36,686 nt of DNA from Anaerolineales bacterium. GTDB lineage: Bacteria > Chloroflexota > Anaerolineae > Anaerolineales > Villigracilaceae. Under the pieces are notes generated by a model that ran no database searches, was not told where the DNA came from, and saw only the letters and a list, made by a program, of their open reading frames with translations. Shown one piece after another: positions 9,077-17,329 of this stretch; position 1 is the first letter of the stretch, and every line of letters begins with the position of its first letter. Made by a program: the position numbers and the translations under genes. Location: contig JBJKRF010000136.1 of NCBI GenBank assembly GCA_046704785.1, forward strand, positions 1 to 36,686. The letters run 5' to 3'.

Positions 9077-9107
9077 ACTTTTTCAGTTTTTTGGATTTCT
9101 TCAAGAA

Positions 9108-9151
9108 GGGTATGGATGTAGGCGGCGCGGAGCCCGCCTACATCCATACCC
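9108..9151. repeat. Perfect 18-bp-armed palindrome (GGGTATGGATGTAGGCGG-cgcggagc-CCGCCTACATCCATACCC) between convergent genes
   Basis: The two 18-nt arms are exact reverse complements around an 8-nt loop. It sits between the PAP2 gene stop (9076) and the minus-strand hydrolase stop (9178). A T-rich stretch lies on the 5' side. It is a possible bidirectional terminator, REP-like element or protein-binding site. Confidence 0.5.
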
Positions 9152-9177
9152 ATTTGCCCCATCCGACGGTTCTCGAC

Positions 9178-9864
9178 TCAGAACGAGAAGCTTTCTCCCG
9201 GTTTCAACACATGGACTTTGGCGCTGGTCTCTTTCTCGACGCGCGCGGCCCAGGCGTTGGCATCCTGTTTCAGCAGGTCGAATGTGTTGTAATGAATGGG
9301 GACGACATGCCGGGGAGTCAACAATTTGACGGCGCGCAGCGCATCGTCGGGGCCCATAGTGAAGTTGTCTCCAATCGGAATGACGGCCAGATCGAGGCCT
9401 TCCTCGCCGATCAATTTCATATCGCCGAACAGCCCGGTGTCGGCAGCCAGGTAAATCTTCTGCCCGCCGTTCGTCGTCAGCAGGAAACCGGTTGGGTTTC
9501 CGCCGTTGGAACCGTCGGGGAGGGCCGATCCGTGCAGGGCCAGGGTCAGCTTCAAATATCCGAACGGATATCTGAAGCCGCCGCCGATGTGCTGGGCGTG
9601 GGTCTTTTCCAGGCCTTGCTTTTCCAGCCAATTGATGATCTCAAAGTTGCTGATGACGGTGGCGCCGGTGCGTGTGGCAATGCTGACCGCATCGCTGATG
9701 TGGTCGCCGTGGCCGTGGCTGACCAGGATAAAATCTGCCTTGACATTCTCGGCGCTGGTGGAAGCCGCCGGATTGCCGCTAAAGAAAGGGTCGATGATCA
9801 GGTGGGTACCGTCGGTCTCAAGGCCTAACGTGGCGTGCCCAAACCAGGTTAATGTATTTGACAT
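9178..9864 (-). CDS. UPF0173-family metal-dependent hydrolase (metallo-beta-lactamase fold)
   Basis: HGHGDH motif, N-terminal TWFGHATL and a length of about 228 aa are typical of UPF0173. AGGAGG RBS. The antisense ORF 8785-9828 is rejected. Confidence 0.85.
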   Translation of the reverse strand: MSNTLTWFGHATLGLETDGTHLIIDPFFSGNPAASTSAENVKADFILVSHGHGDHISDAVSIATRTGATVISNFEIINWLEKQGLEKTHAQHIGGGFRYPFGYLKLTLALHGSALPDGSNGGNPTGFLLTTNGGQKIYLAADTGLFGDMKLIGEEGLDLAVIPIGDNFTMGPDDALRAVKLLTPRHVVPIHYNTFDLLKQDANAWAARVEKETSAKVHVLKPGESFSF

Positions 9865-9929
9865 GTCTTCCTCCTGAGATTCGATTTCTTGCTCGCTTTA
9901 TTGGTAACATCTTAATGAACAAGGGGAAC

Positions 9930-9966
9930 GGGGGTGTGCGGGCGGCTTTACCACCCGCACACCCCC
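9930..9966. repeat. G-rich extragenic palindrome (GGGGGTGTGCGGG-11 nt-CCCGCACACCCCC)
   Basis: 13-bp perfect stem in the divergent intergenic region between 9864 and 10222. It shares a GGGGTGTG-GGCGG core with the element at 33457-33506. Confidence 0.5.
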
Positions 9967-10221
9967 ATCCTCCCCCAAGTTGTTGAGAAGATACCTTTAT
10001 TGTACATCGGGCGTAACCCAATGAGATTAAAGGTTCCCGAAGAATTGTGCCAAAGCCAGAGAGGTGGAAATGACGCCGATTTCCAAAGACCCGCCAAATT
10101 CGTCACGCCACAGGATGAAATATTATCTATAATAGTTACAATTTTCCCGTCTGTACGAGCCGGCTGCATCGCGCTGACTTCAGAAAGTCATTATCCTGCG
10201 TCCATTGATCGAGGTGTTTCC

Positions 10222-12111
10222 ATGCAAAAACCGTCCTGGCAAGAGCGCCTACGCTATCGTATCGACAACGCTTTATCGCGCGGTACGCTCATTCTGATCG
10301 GTTGGCTGGCGCTGGCAACGCTGGTCATGGTTGTGGCAATGACGGTCCTTTCGTTATTGCCCGGCGTGCGCCCCGAGAACACCGGCCTGAAAGAAATCTT
10401 CTGGGATGTCCTGTTCCAGGCCCTGACGCCGAATCCTTTCGACGTAACCGCCCCGCTGCTTTTTCTGTTGGTGATGTTGGTGGTCACACTTGGCAGCCTG
10501 TTCATGGTCAGTATCCTGATCGGTATCCTGACCACCGGCATCGAAAACCGCATCGAACTATTACGCCGGGGTCGCTCACGGGTGCTGGAAAAAGAACACA
10601 CGATTATTTTGGGCTGGTCACACCAGGTCTATACCGTCATTTCGGAGTTGGTCATCGCCAACGAAAACCGCAAACAGGGCGCTGTGATCGCCATCCTGGC
10701 AGACAAAGACAAGGTCGAGATGGAAACCGCCATCCGCGAGCGCATCCCGAACACCGAGAACACGCACGTTATCTGCCGCTCGGGCAGCCCCATCGACCCG
10801 ACCGACCTGGAAATCGTCAGCCCGCACACCGCCCGTTCGATTATCATCCTGCCACCCGAAAGCGACGATCCCGACACCTTCGTCATCAAAACGATACTGG
10901 CAATCACCAACAATCCACATCGGCGCGCTGCGCCCTATCACATCATCACCCAGATTCGTGACGAGAACGACATCGAGGTCGTGCAAATGCTCGCCACCCG
11001 AGACGATATTCATGCCATACAGGCCAGTGATGTGATCGCCCGCGTCACCGCGCAAACATCCCGCCAGTCTGGGCTCTCCATGGTCTACACCGAATTGCTG
11101 AACTTCAGCGGCGATGAGATTTATTTCAAAGAGGAACCTACGCTTTCCGGCAAGACCTTCGGCGACGCACTCTTTGCCTATGAAGACTCGGCCGTTGTCG
11201 GGTTACGCTTCGCCAACGGCACGATCAAACTCAACCCGCCCATGGACACGCGCCTCGCGCCGGGCGACAAGGTGATCGCCATCTCTGCCGACGACGATAC
11301 CGTAATCCTGTCGGGACGGACGACGTTTCCCGTGCACAGCGAGCTGATTCGTCTCAACAGCAAACCCGAAGCGCAACAACCCGAACGCGGATTGATCGTC
11401 AACTGGAACCGCGCCGCAAGCACCATCGTCAACGAACTGGACTACTATGTCGCCAAAGGCTCCTCGTTGACCGTCTTCGCAGACGACTGGTTCGAAAGCG
11501 CCGTGCACGCCTGCAACGGTCTCAAACGCCAAAAACTTAGCTTCCATGCCGGCAATACAACCGACCGCCGCACCATCGACGAACTGGACTTCGAGGAATA
11601 TGACCACGTCATCGTACTGGCAGACACAACTCGCTCCGTACAGGAGGCCGATGCGCGCGCGCTCATCACTTTGCTGCACCTGCGCGACATCGCCGACCAT
11701 CTATCTGCGCCCTTCTCCATTGTCAGTGAGATGCTCGACCTGCGCAACCGCGCACTGGCCGAGGTGGCCCGCGTGGACGATTTCATCGTCAGCGATCATC
11801 TAATCAGCTTGATGATGTCGCAGCTCTCCGAAAACGGGGAACTCTACGAGGTGTTTAACGACCTGTTCGACCCGGAAGGATCGGAAATCTACCTGAAGCC
11901 CATCAGCGATTACGCTGTGACCGGCCAACCCGTTAATTTCTACACGTTGCTCGAATCGGCCCGACGCCGTGGCGAGGTGGCTATTGGCTACCGTCTGCTG
12001 GATAACTCTCATAATTTAGAGCAATCGTATGGTGTATGCACCAACCCCAAAAAGATGAACGAAATCACTTTCAAGGAACACGATAAGATCATCGTCCTGG
12101 CAGAACAATGA
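10222..12111 (+). CDS. CASTOR/POLLUX-related putative ion channel with tandem RCK (TrkA-N-like) domains
   Basis: ATG 10222 with GAGGTG RBS. N-terminal LRYRIDNALSRG is followed by 3 TM helices and a pore-like segment, then a large cytoplasmic region of the NAD-binding/RCK fold. Supplied ORF 9934 extends upstream with an alternative start across a hairpin and is not credible. Confidence 0.6.
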   Translation: MQKPSWQERLRYRIDNALSRGTLILIGWLALATLVMVVAMTVLSLLPGVRPENTGLKEIFWDVLFQALTPNPFDVTAPLLFLLVMLVVTLGSLFMVSILIGILTTGIENRIELLRRGRSRVLEKEHTIILGWSHQVYTVISELVIANENRKQGAVIAILADKDKVEMETAIRERIPNTENTHVICRSGSPIDPTDLEIVSPHTARSIIILPPESDDPDTFVIKTILAITNNPHRRAAPYHIITQIRDENDIEVVQMLATRDDIHAIQASDVIARVTAQTSRQSGLSMVYTELLNFSGDEIYFKEEPTLSGKTFGDALFAYEDSAVVGLRFANGTIKLNPPMDTRLAPGDKVIAISADDDTVILSGRTTFPVHSELIRLNSKPEAQQPERGLIVNWNRAASTIVNELDYYVAKGSSLTVFADDWFESAVHACNGLKRQKLSFHAGNTTDRRTIDELDFEEYDHVIVLADTTRSVQEADARALITLLHLRDIADHLSAPFSIVSEMLDLRNRALAEVARVDDFIVSDHLISLMMSQLSENGELYEVFNDLFDPEGSEIYLKPISDYAVTGQPVNFYTLLESARRRGEVAIGYRLLDNSHNLEQSYGVCTNPKKMNEITFKEHDKIIVLAEQ

Positions 12112-12124
12112 CCTTTATTTAAAA

Positions 12125-12155
12125 GGCCGGAGACTTGACCTCTCCGGCCTTTTTT
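12125..12155 (+). terminator. Rho-independent terminator after the ion-channel gene
   Basis: GGCCGGAGA-cttgacc-TCTCCGGCC followed by TTTTTT. Confidence 0.75.
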
Positions 12156-12266
12156 CATCTCCTGCGCCATTCACAGCAAGCCTTTATTTCGACAAATACA
12201 ACGCATCTCATCCAGTTTACGTATATCAACAGGCGCATTTAGGCGCCCTATACTTAAGGAGGACAC

Positions 12267-14273
12267 ATGATCGCAAATCTTATTTTAAGCGGGGTTGTAC
12301 TGCTGGGCATTTTATTTCTGTTTGTCTTGCTCGGCATTCGTTACATCCCCAACAACCGAGTCGGCATTATCGAAAAGCGCTGGAGTTTTAGCAAAGGCTC
12401 CGTCAAAAGCGGCTTCATCGCGCTGAACAACGAAGCCGGCTTTCAGCCCAACGTGCTGCGCGGTGGTCTGCATTATCTTATTCCAATTCAGTATGCCGTG
12501 CACATCATGCCGCTGGTGACCATTCCACAAGGCAAGATCGGATACATCTTCGCCCGCGACGGCAAACAACTGGAACAGACACAGGTGCTCGCTGCGAATG
12601 TCACCGCCAGAGATTTTCAAGATGTGGCGGGGTTCCTCAAAAACGGCGGCCAACGCGGGCCGCAACGCATGATCCTGCGTGAAGGTACCTACGCCATCAA
12701 CCTGGTGCAGTTCATCGTCATTACCGACGAACGCATCTATTCCCTGCCTTTGAATAAACAGGAATCCGACGTCATCCGTCGTATGGCGGAAGTCATCGCC
12801 GACCGAGAGGGATTCCGTCCCGTGGTCATCAAGGATGTCGACGACACCGTTGGCATTGTGACCGTTCACGACGGCTCGTCCCTGATCCAGGGAGAGATTA
12901 TCGCGCCCATCGTCGGCGACGACCGGGAACAAGCCGAAACTTATCACAACAACTTTCAAGATGCCGACCGCTTCCTGATCGCCGGCGGCTATCGCGGACG
13001 CCAGCTACAGGTACTCGTCGAAGGCACCTATTACATCAATCGCCTGTTTGCCACCATCGAGATGATCCCAAAGACGATCATCGATGTTGGCTTCGTGGGC
13101 GTCGTCGTCTCTTACACAGGCGAGATGGGCACCGACCTGTCTGGGAAAGGCTATCGCCACGGCGAACTGGTCTCCAAAGGCAAACGCGGCGTGTGGAGCG
13201 ACTCGCTTATGCCGGGCAAATATGCCTTCAACACTTACGCTGGCAAGGTCATCCCCGTTCCAACCACCAACATCATCCTGAAATGGATCCGCTCCGAGGT
13301 CGGCGCACACCGCTACGACGAGAACCTGACCGAGGTCTCCCTCATCACAAAGGACGCCTTCGAACCGTCACTGCCGCTGTCAGTTGTGGTGCATATCGAC
13401 TACCAAAAAGCGCCGCTGGTAATCCAACGCTTCGGCGATATACGGAAACTCGTCGAGCAAACGCTCGACCCTATGGTGGCGGCTTACTTTAAGAACATCG
13501 GCCAGACGCGCACCCTGATCCAACTCCTGCAGGAGCGCAGCGAGATTCAGGATCAGGCCAGCCAGGAAATGAAAGCCAGATTCGCGCATTACAACCTGGA
13601 ACTGGAAGAAGTGCTGCTGGGCACGCCAACCTCCCCCGAAGGCGACTCGCACATCGAGGCCATTCTGACCCAGTTGCGTTCGCGTCAGATCGCCGCCGAG
13701 CAGGTGGAAACCTACGACCAGCAGGAAAAAGCAGCCGTCAAAGAACGCGAACTGCGCGAGGCGGAAGCCCGCGCTCAGATGCAGACCAACATCACTCAGT
13801 CTGAGCTGAACATCGACGTCCAAACCAACCAGGGAAAAGCCGAATACCGACGTTCCATCCAGCAGGCCTCCCAGATTCGCGCACTGGCCGAAGCCGAGGC
13901 CGAAAAGGTGGCCCGCGTTGGAATCGCCCAGGCCATGGCAACGGAGGAACAGGTGCGGGCCTATGGCGGACCGCAATTCCAGGTGACCCAACAGGTGCTC
14001 AACCGCTTTGCCGAAGCCATCCAACAATCCAGGGTGGACGTGGTTCCCCGTGTTATCGTCGGCGGCGACGGCGAAAAAGGCGGCAGCACCGGCAGCATCA
14101 TGGAAGCGCTACTGGCTATGCTGTTATCTGACCGCTTCGGAGCGTTGGCCCAGCCAATGAATAAAGGAGAACGCTCGGAAGAAATCGAAGATATGCGTAA
14201 CGAAATCCGCAAGAGCTTGAAAAACAAAATGGATGACAGCAACAACGAAGGGAATGGGAAAGAAAAAGAGTAA
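12267..14273 (+). CDS. Flotillin/SPFH (band-7) family membrane protein (YqiK-like)
   Basis: TAAGGAGGA RBS. N-terminal TM helix, then an SPFH domain, then a long EA-rich coiled-coil (AEAEAEK...) characteristic of bacterial flotillins. Confidence 0.85.
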   Translation: MIANLILSGVVLLGILFLFVLLGIRYIPNNRVGIIEKRWSFSKGSVKSGFIALNNEAGFQPNVLRGGLHYLIPIQYAVHIMPLVTIPQGKIGYIFARDGKQLEQTQVLAANVTARDFQDVAGFLKNGGQRGPQRMILREGTYAINLVQFIVITDERIYSLPLNKQESDVIRRMAEVIADREGFRPVVIKDVDDTVGIVTVHDGSSLIQGEIIAPIVGDDREQAETYHNNFQDADRFLIAGGYRGRQLQVLVEGTYYINRLFATIEMIPKTIIDVGFVGVVVSYTGEMGTDLSGKGYRHGELVSKGKRGVWSDSLMPGKYAFNTYAGKVIPVPTTNIILKWIRSEVGAHRYDENLTEVSLITKDAFEPSLPLSVVVHIDYQKAPLVIQRFGDIRKLVEQTLDPMVAAYFKNIGQTRTLIQLLQERSEIQDQASQEMKARFAHYNLELEEVLLGTPTSPEGDSHIEAILTQLRSRQIAAEQVETYDQQEKAAVKERELREAEARAQMQTNITQSELNIDVQTNQGKAEYRRSIQQASQIRALAEAEAEKVARVGIAQAMATEEQVRAYGGPQFQVTQQVLNRFAEAIQQSRVDVVPRVIVGGDGEKGGSTGSIMEALLAMLLSDRFGALAQPMNKGERSEEIEDMRNEIRKSLKNKMDDSNNEGNGKEKE

Positions 14274-14294
14274 CACATCCAAGCTTTACAAAAA

Positions 14295-14322
14295 GGACGG
14301 GAAGCAGTTCCCGTCCTTTTTT
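14295..14322 (+). terminator. Rho-independent terminator after the flotillin gene
   Basis: GGACGGGAA-gcag-TTCCCGTCC followed by TTTTTT. Confidence 0.75.
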
Positions 14323-14405
14323 ATTCATCTTTTATTCATCCCGAAACTCACAGGATTGTAAGGCAACCCATTCAGCGAACGAATAAACTTATACGAAGGG
14401 TTATG

Positions 14406-14411
14406 TATAAT
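14406..14411 (+). promoter_or_regulatory. TATAAT -10 element about 55 nt upstream of the KAP NTPase gene
   Basis: Consensus hexamer in the spacer directly downstream of a terminator. The -35 element is not clear. Confidence 0.35.
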
Positions 14412-14471
14412 GGCGTCGAAACCATTGCAGAATAGAACGGGGTTTTGAGAACCCACTTCACAGGAAAGTCT

Positions 14472-16676
14472 ATGAACAGATCAAAGACGTATCTCTTGGG
14501 GGACCTACCAACCGAACAAGATACCCTCGATTTCACCCCCTACGTCAACACCCTGGTGGACATCATCGAGTCGCCAACCACCAGTACGCCACTGACCATC
14601 GGAATTTTTGGAACATGGGGCTCAGGGAAAACATCGCTGATGCGCATGATCGAGAAAGGATTGCCCAAATCCTTCCGCACGACCTGGTTCAACGCCTGGG
14701 TCTACGATAAACAAGAGACTCTCTGGCGCGCCCTGCTGTTAAGCGCGCTGATCGCGCTCAAGGCAGCCGTCCCGGAGGAAAAAACCGAGGATATCGAAAA
14801 ACTGGGCGACCTGGAGACAGCCCTCTACCAGCCCGTCGACCTGGAGAAAGTCGGCGGTTTAACCGTCGAATGGGGAAAACTTGGGCGGGGGGCTGCCGAA
14901 AGCGCCGTCCAGGTTGGGCTGTCGTTCCTGCCCGGCGGCATGGTCATCACCGATCTGCTAAAAGAACTGCGCGACAAGGAGAAATCCGAGCAGGCTATTC
15001 TCAAAGTTCTATCGGCCATCCATCGCGAACGCGCCCAGGTTCACATCGAACAGGTCAAATTTCTGGAACAATTTCGAGATCACTTCAAAACACTGACCGA
15101 TGAATATCTCGTCCAAAGGAATTTGCGCCTGGTGGTTTTCGTCGACGACCTGGACCGTTGCCTGCCCGACAAAGCCGTGGAAGTGCTGGAGGCCATCAAG
15201 CTGTTTCTCGACACGCCCGGCTGCGTCTTCGTACTCGGCCTGGACCAGAACGTGATTGCGCGCGGGATCGAAATCAAATACCACGACATCAAAGGAAATG
15301 GTCATTCAGAGAATACCTCGGCAAGTTATCTGGTAGACGGAACACGCTACCTGGAAAAAATCATCCAGCTTCCTTTTCAGATTCCACCCATCGAACGCAG
15401 CGTAATGGCATCTTTCGTTAACTCGCTGGTCAGCGAGTGGCCGCACCCGGCCTGTCCCCAGGTATTTTCGGAAGGCCTGCGCGACAATCCGCGCCTGGTC
15501 AAGCGCACCGTCAACGTCTTTCTGCTGCTCTGGAACCTGGCACAGAAACGCGCCGACCAACTCCAGGGCGTTATCAAACCGGTACGATTGGCCAAACTGG
15601 TTACTATCCAAGCCATCTATCCGGAACTCTATGAGCTACTCAAGGAAACGCCGCGCTTCCTGCGCGACCTGGAAGATTATTACATGACCGAGTTTATGCC
15701 GCCGGTCAACAGTCTGGCCCACATGGGAAAGAAGCGTCACGTCGAACTTCCCCCGGCCTTGACCGCTTTTGCCACACATGAATCGGTACGACGTGTTTTG
15801 ACTCTCCACCCGCCTGAAATGCCGGACGCCAACTTTAGCGAACTCACCCCCGAAGAGATTCGCCGTTACTTCACGCTCACCCGCCGCACCGAGACGACAA
15901 AAACGAGCGCCAACGCCCCGCGACTCTTCTTCGAGCCCCAAATGATTCATATCCCTGCTGGAAGTTTCATCATGGGATCGACCGAAAAACAAACACAGGA
16001 ACTCGTCTCCAACGGCGTAGAGCCAGACCGGGCGCTGCGTGAATTTCCGCAACACATCGTGCATATTTCGGAATTCTACATCGGCAAATACCACGTGACG
16101 AACCGTGAATACCAGGCTTTCGTAATGGACACCGGTTACCAACCGCCAGCCGGTTGGGACGACCACAAATATCCTGAAGACAAAGGCGACCATCCGGTGG
16201 TCAACGTCTCTTGGGAGGCGGCCATCGAATATTGCCAGTGGCTCAGTGAACACACCGGCAAACATTACCGCCTGCCCACCGAAGCAGAATGGGAAAAAGC
16301 CGCACGCGGTACCGACGGGCGAATCTACCCCTGGGGAAACCACTTCGACCCGCAGCACTGCAATACGGCCGAATCCAAACTGGGTGACACGACCCCCGTC
16401 GGGCAGTACTCTCCCCAGGGCGATAGCCCTTATGGCTGCGCAGATCTGATCGGAAACGTCTGGGAATGGTGCGCCGACTGGTTCGACCCGGATGAGTACG
16501 ATTACCGTAAAGGGCACGTCGTCAAGGATCCCAAAGGCCCGGCCGAAGGACAATTCCGCGTCCTACGTGGCGGTTCATTCATTCTGGACCGCACCAGCGC
16601 GCGCTGCGCCGTTCGCTTCAGGATGAATCCGTATTACTGGTTTGATTTCGGCTTTCGGGTGGCGATGAGCACGTGA
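14472..16676 (+). CDS. KAP-family P-loop NTPase fused to a C-terminal FGE-sulfatase (SUMF1)-like domain
   Basis: Walker A GTWGSGKTS is present. The KAP hallmark FNAWVYD lies just downstream. Walker B LVVFVDDLDRC and LEAIKLFLD follow. The C-terminal about 235 aa show the FGE-domain signatures IPAGSFIMGS, VSWEAAIEYCQWL, RLPTEAEWEKAARG, YPWGN, GNVWEW, RGGSF and GFRVA. Supplied ORF 14445 starts at TTG. ATG 14472 after GGAAAG was chosen. Confidence 0.8.
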   Translation: MNRSKTYLLGDLPTEQDTLDFTPYVNTLVDIIESPTTSTPLTIGIFGTWGSGKTSLMRMIEKGLPKSFRTTWFNAWVYDKQETLWRALLLSALIALKAAVPEEKTEDIEKLGDLETALYQPVDLEKVGGLTVEWGKLGRGAAESAVQVGLSFLPGGMVITDLLKELRDKEKSEQAILKVLSAIHRERAQVHIEQVKFLEQFRDHFKTLTDEYLVQRNLRLVVFVDDLDRCLPDKAVEVLEAIKLFLDTPGCVFVLGLDQNVIARGIEIKYHDIKGNGHSENTSASYLVDGTRYLEKIIQLPFQIPPIERSVMASFVNSLVSEWPHPACPQVFSEGLRDNPRLVKRTVNVFLLLWNLAQKRADQLQGVIKPVRLAKLVTIQAIYPELYELLKETPRFLRDLEDYYMTEFMPPVNSLAHMGKKRHVELPPALTAFATHESVRRVLTLHPPEMPDANFSELTPEEIRRYFTLTRRTETTKTSANAPRLFFEPQMIHIPAGSFIMGSTEKQTQELVSNGVEPDRALREFPQHIVHISEFYIGKYHVTNREYQAFVMDTGYQPPAGWDDHKYPEDKGDHPVVNVSWEAAIEYCQWLSEHTGKHYRLPTEAEWEKAARGTDGRIYPWGNHFDPQHCNTAESKLGDTTPVGQYSPQGDSPYGCADLIGNVWEWCADWFDPDEYDYRKGHVVKDPKGPAEGQFRVLRGGSFILDRTSARCAVRFRMNPYYWFDFGFRVAMST

Positions 16677-16690
16677 GTTGTGATTCCCCA

Positions 16691-17329
16691 TCAATGCTCA
16701 TTTTTGTGCCCGGAAATCAAGCGCACGGCACGTTGCCAGGAATCCCGCTCGCCGCCAAACGGCTCGCCCGAAAACTGGTAGTCGTTCTTACGGATGAACT
16801 CTGCCAGCTCTACACGCAGGCTTTTCATACTCTCCATTTGGATCGCCAGGAGAGCGTTACGCTTGTCGGCCTGGGGCAAATGCTCCAACACCTGTCGCAA
16901 GTGGGGAATGCACAATCCCTGTGATGTCTCCAGCGCCGCTATGAATTCTTCGTCCGGCAAATGCTTGGAGAACTCGACCCAGATGCGTCTCCGCAGGCTA
17001 TCCAGATGGGCACAGGCCGGGCATACTTCACGCGGCGCAGCAACCTTTTGCTGCTGTTCCAATTGGGTAAGGGTCACACGCAACAAGTCTTCATAAAGGA
17101 TCGCCAATCCAAAAGCATTCCCAATCATCCCATCCATGGCCAGGCGCGCATGTTCAGGACAAAATCCCAGGCTGGCGCGGATATGCCGACGCAACGCGTA
17201 ATCGTTGACTTGCTCGTAAAACAAATGATCCAGGTAGCGCCGCACCGAGGCCTGTTCCATCTGGCAGACGGGACAACCGGGCTGGCGGCAGGTCTCGAGC
17301 AACGCATCATACGTGGCAGAATGGGTCAT
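16691..17329 (-). CDS. Cys-rich protein with an internally duplicated CPxC...C(P/I)xH module (putative tandem Zn-ribbon; no confident family)
   Basis: Two copies of the pattern are visible: CPVC-26 aa-FCPEH and CPAC-31 aa-LCIPH. Its ATG overlaps the TGA of the upstream methyltransferase as ATGA. It may match an uncharacterised DUF, which I cannot verify. Confidence 0.6.
   Translation of the reverse strand: MTHSATYDALLETCRQPGCPVCQMEQASVRRYLDHLFYEQVNDYALRRHIRASLGFCPEHARLAMDGMIGNAFGLAILYEDLLRVTLTQLEQQQKVAAPREVCPACAHLDSLRRRIWVEFSKHLPDEEFIAALETSQGLCIPHLRQVLEHLPQADKRNALLAIQMESMKSLRVELAEFIRKNDYQFSGEPFGGERDSWQRAVRLISGHKNEH

Noticed and set aside
8785-9828. 347-aa plus-strand ORF overlapping the UPF0173 hydrolase gene
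   Set aside because: It is antisense to a clearly recognisable metallo-beta-lactamase-fold hydrolase. Its translation is low-complexity and Arg/Gly/Ala-rich.
9934-10221. Upstream extension of the ion-channel ORF (alternative start at 9934)
   Set aside because: The extension runs through a 13-bp GC hairpin and a promoter-like AT-rich segment and encodes non-protein-like sequence. ATG 10222 has an SD and the typical LRYRxDNALSRG N-terminus.
12249-12254. TATACT as the -10 element for the flotillin gene
   Set aside because: The implied TSS would fall inside the gene's own TAAGGAGGA RBS. The true promoter is probably further upstream.
15636-16553. 305-aa minus-strand ORF inside the FGE-domain region
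   Set aside because: It is antisense to a region with multiple canonical FGE motifs, so it is a GC-driven spurious frame.
15970-16676. FGE domain as a bona fide formylglycine-generating (sulfatase-maturating) enzyme
   Set aside because: Aligned by eye, one of the two catalytic or Cu-binding cysteines is replaced. No sulfatase gene is nearby, and the domain is fused to an NTPase. A sensor or binding role is more likely, but this needs a proper alignment.
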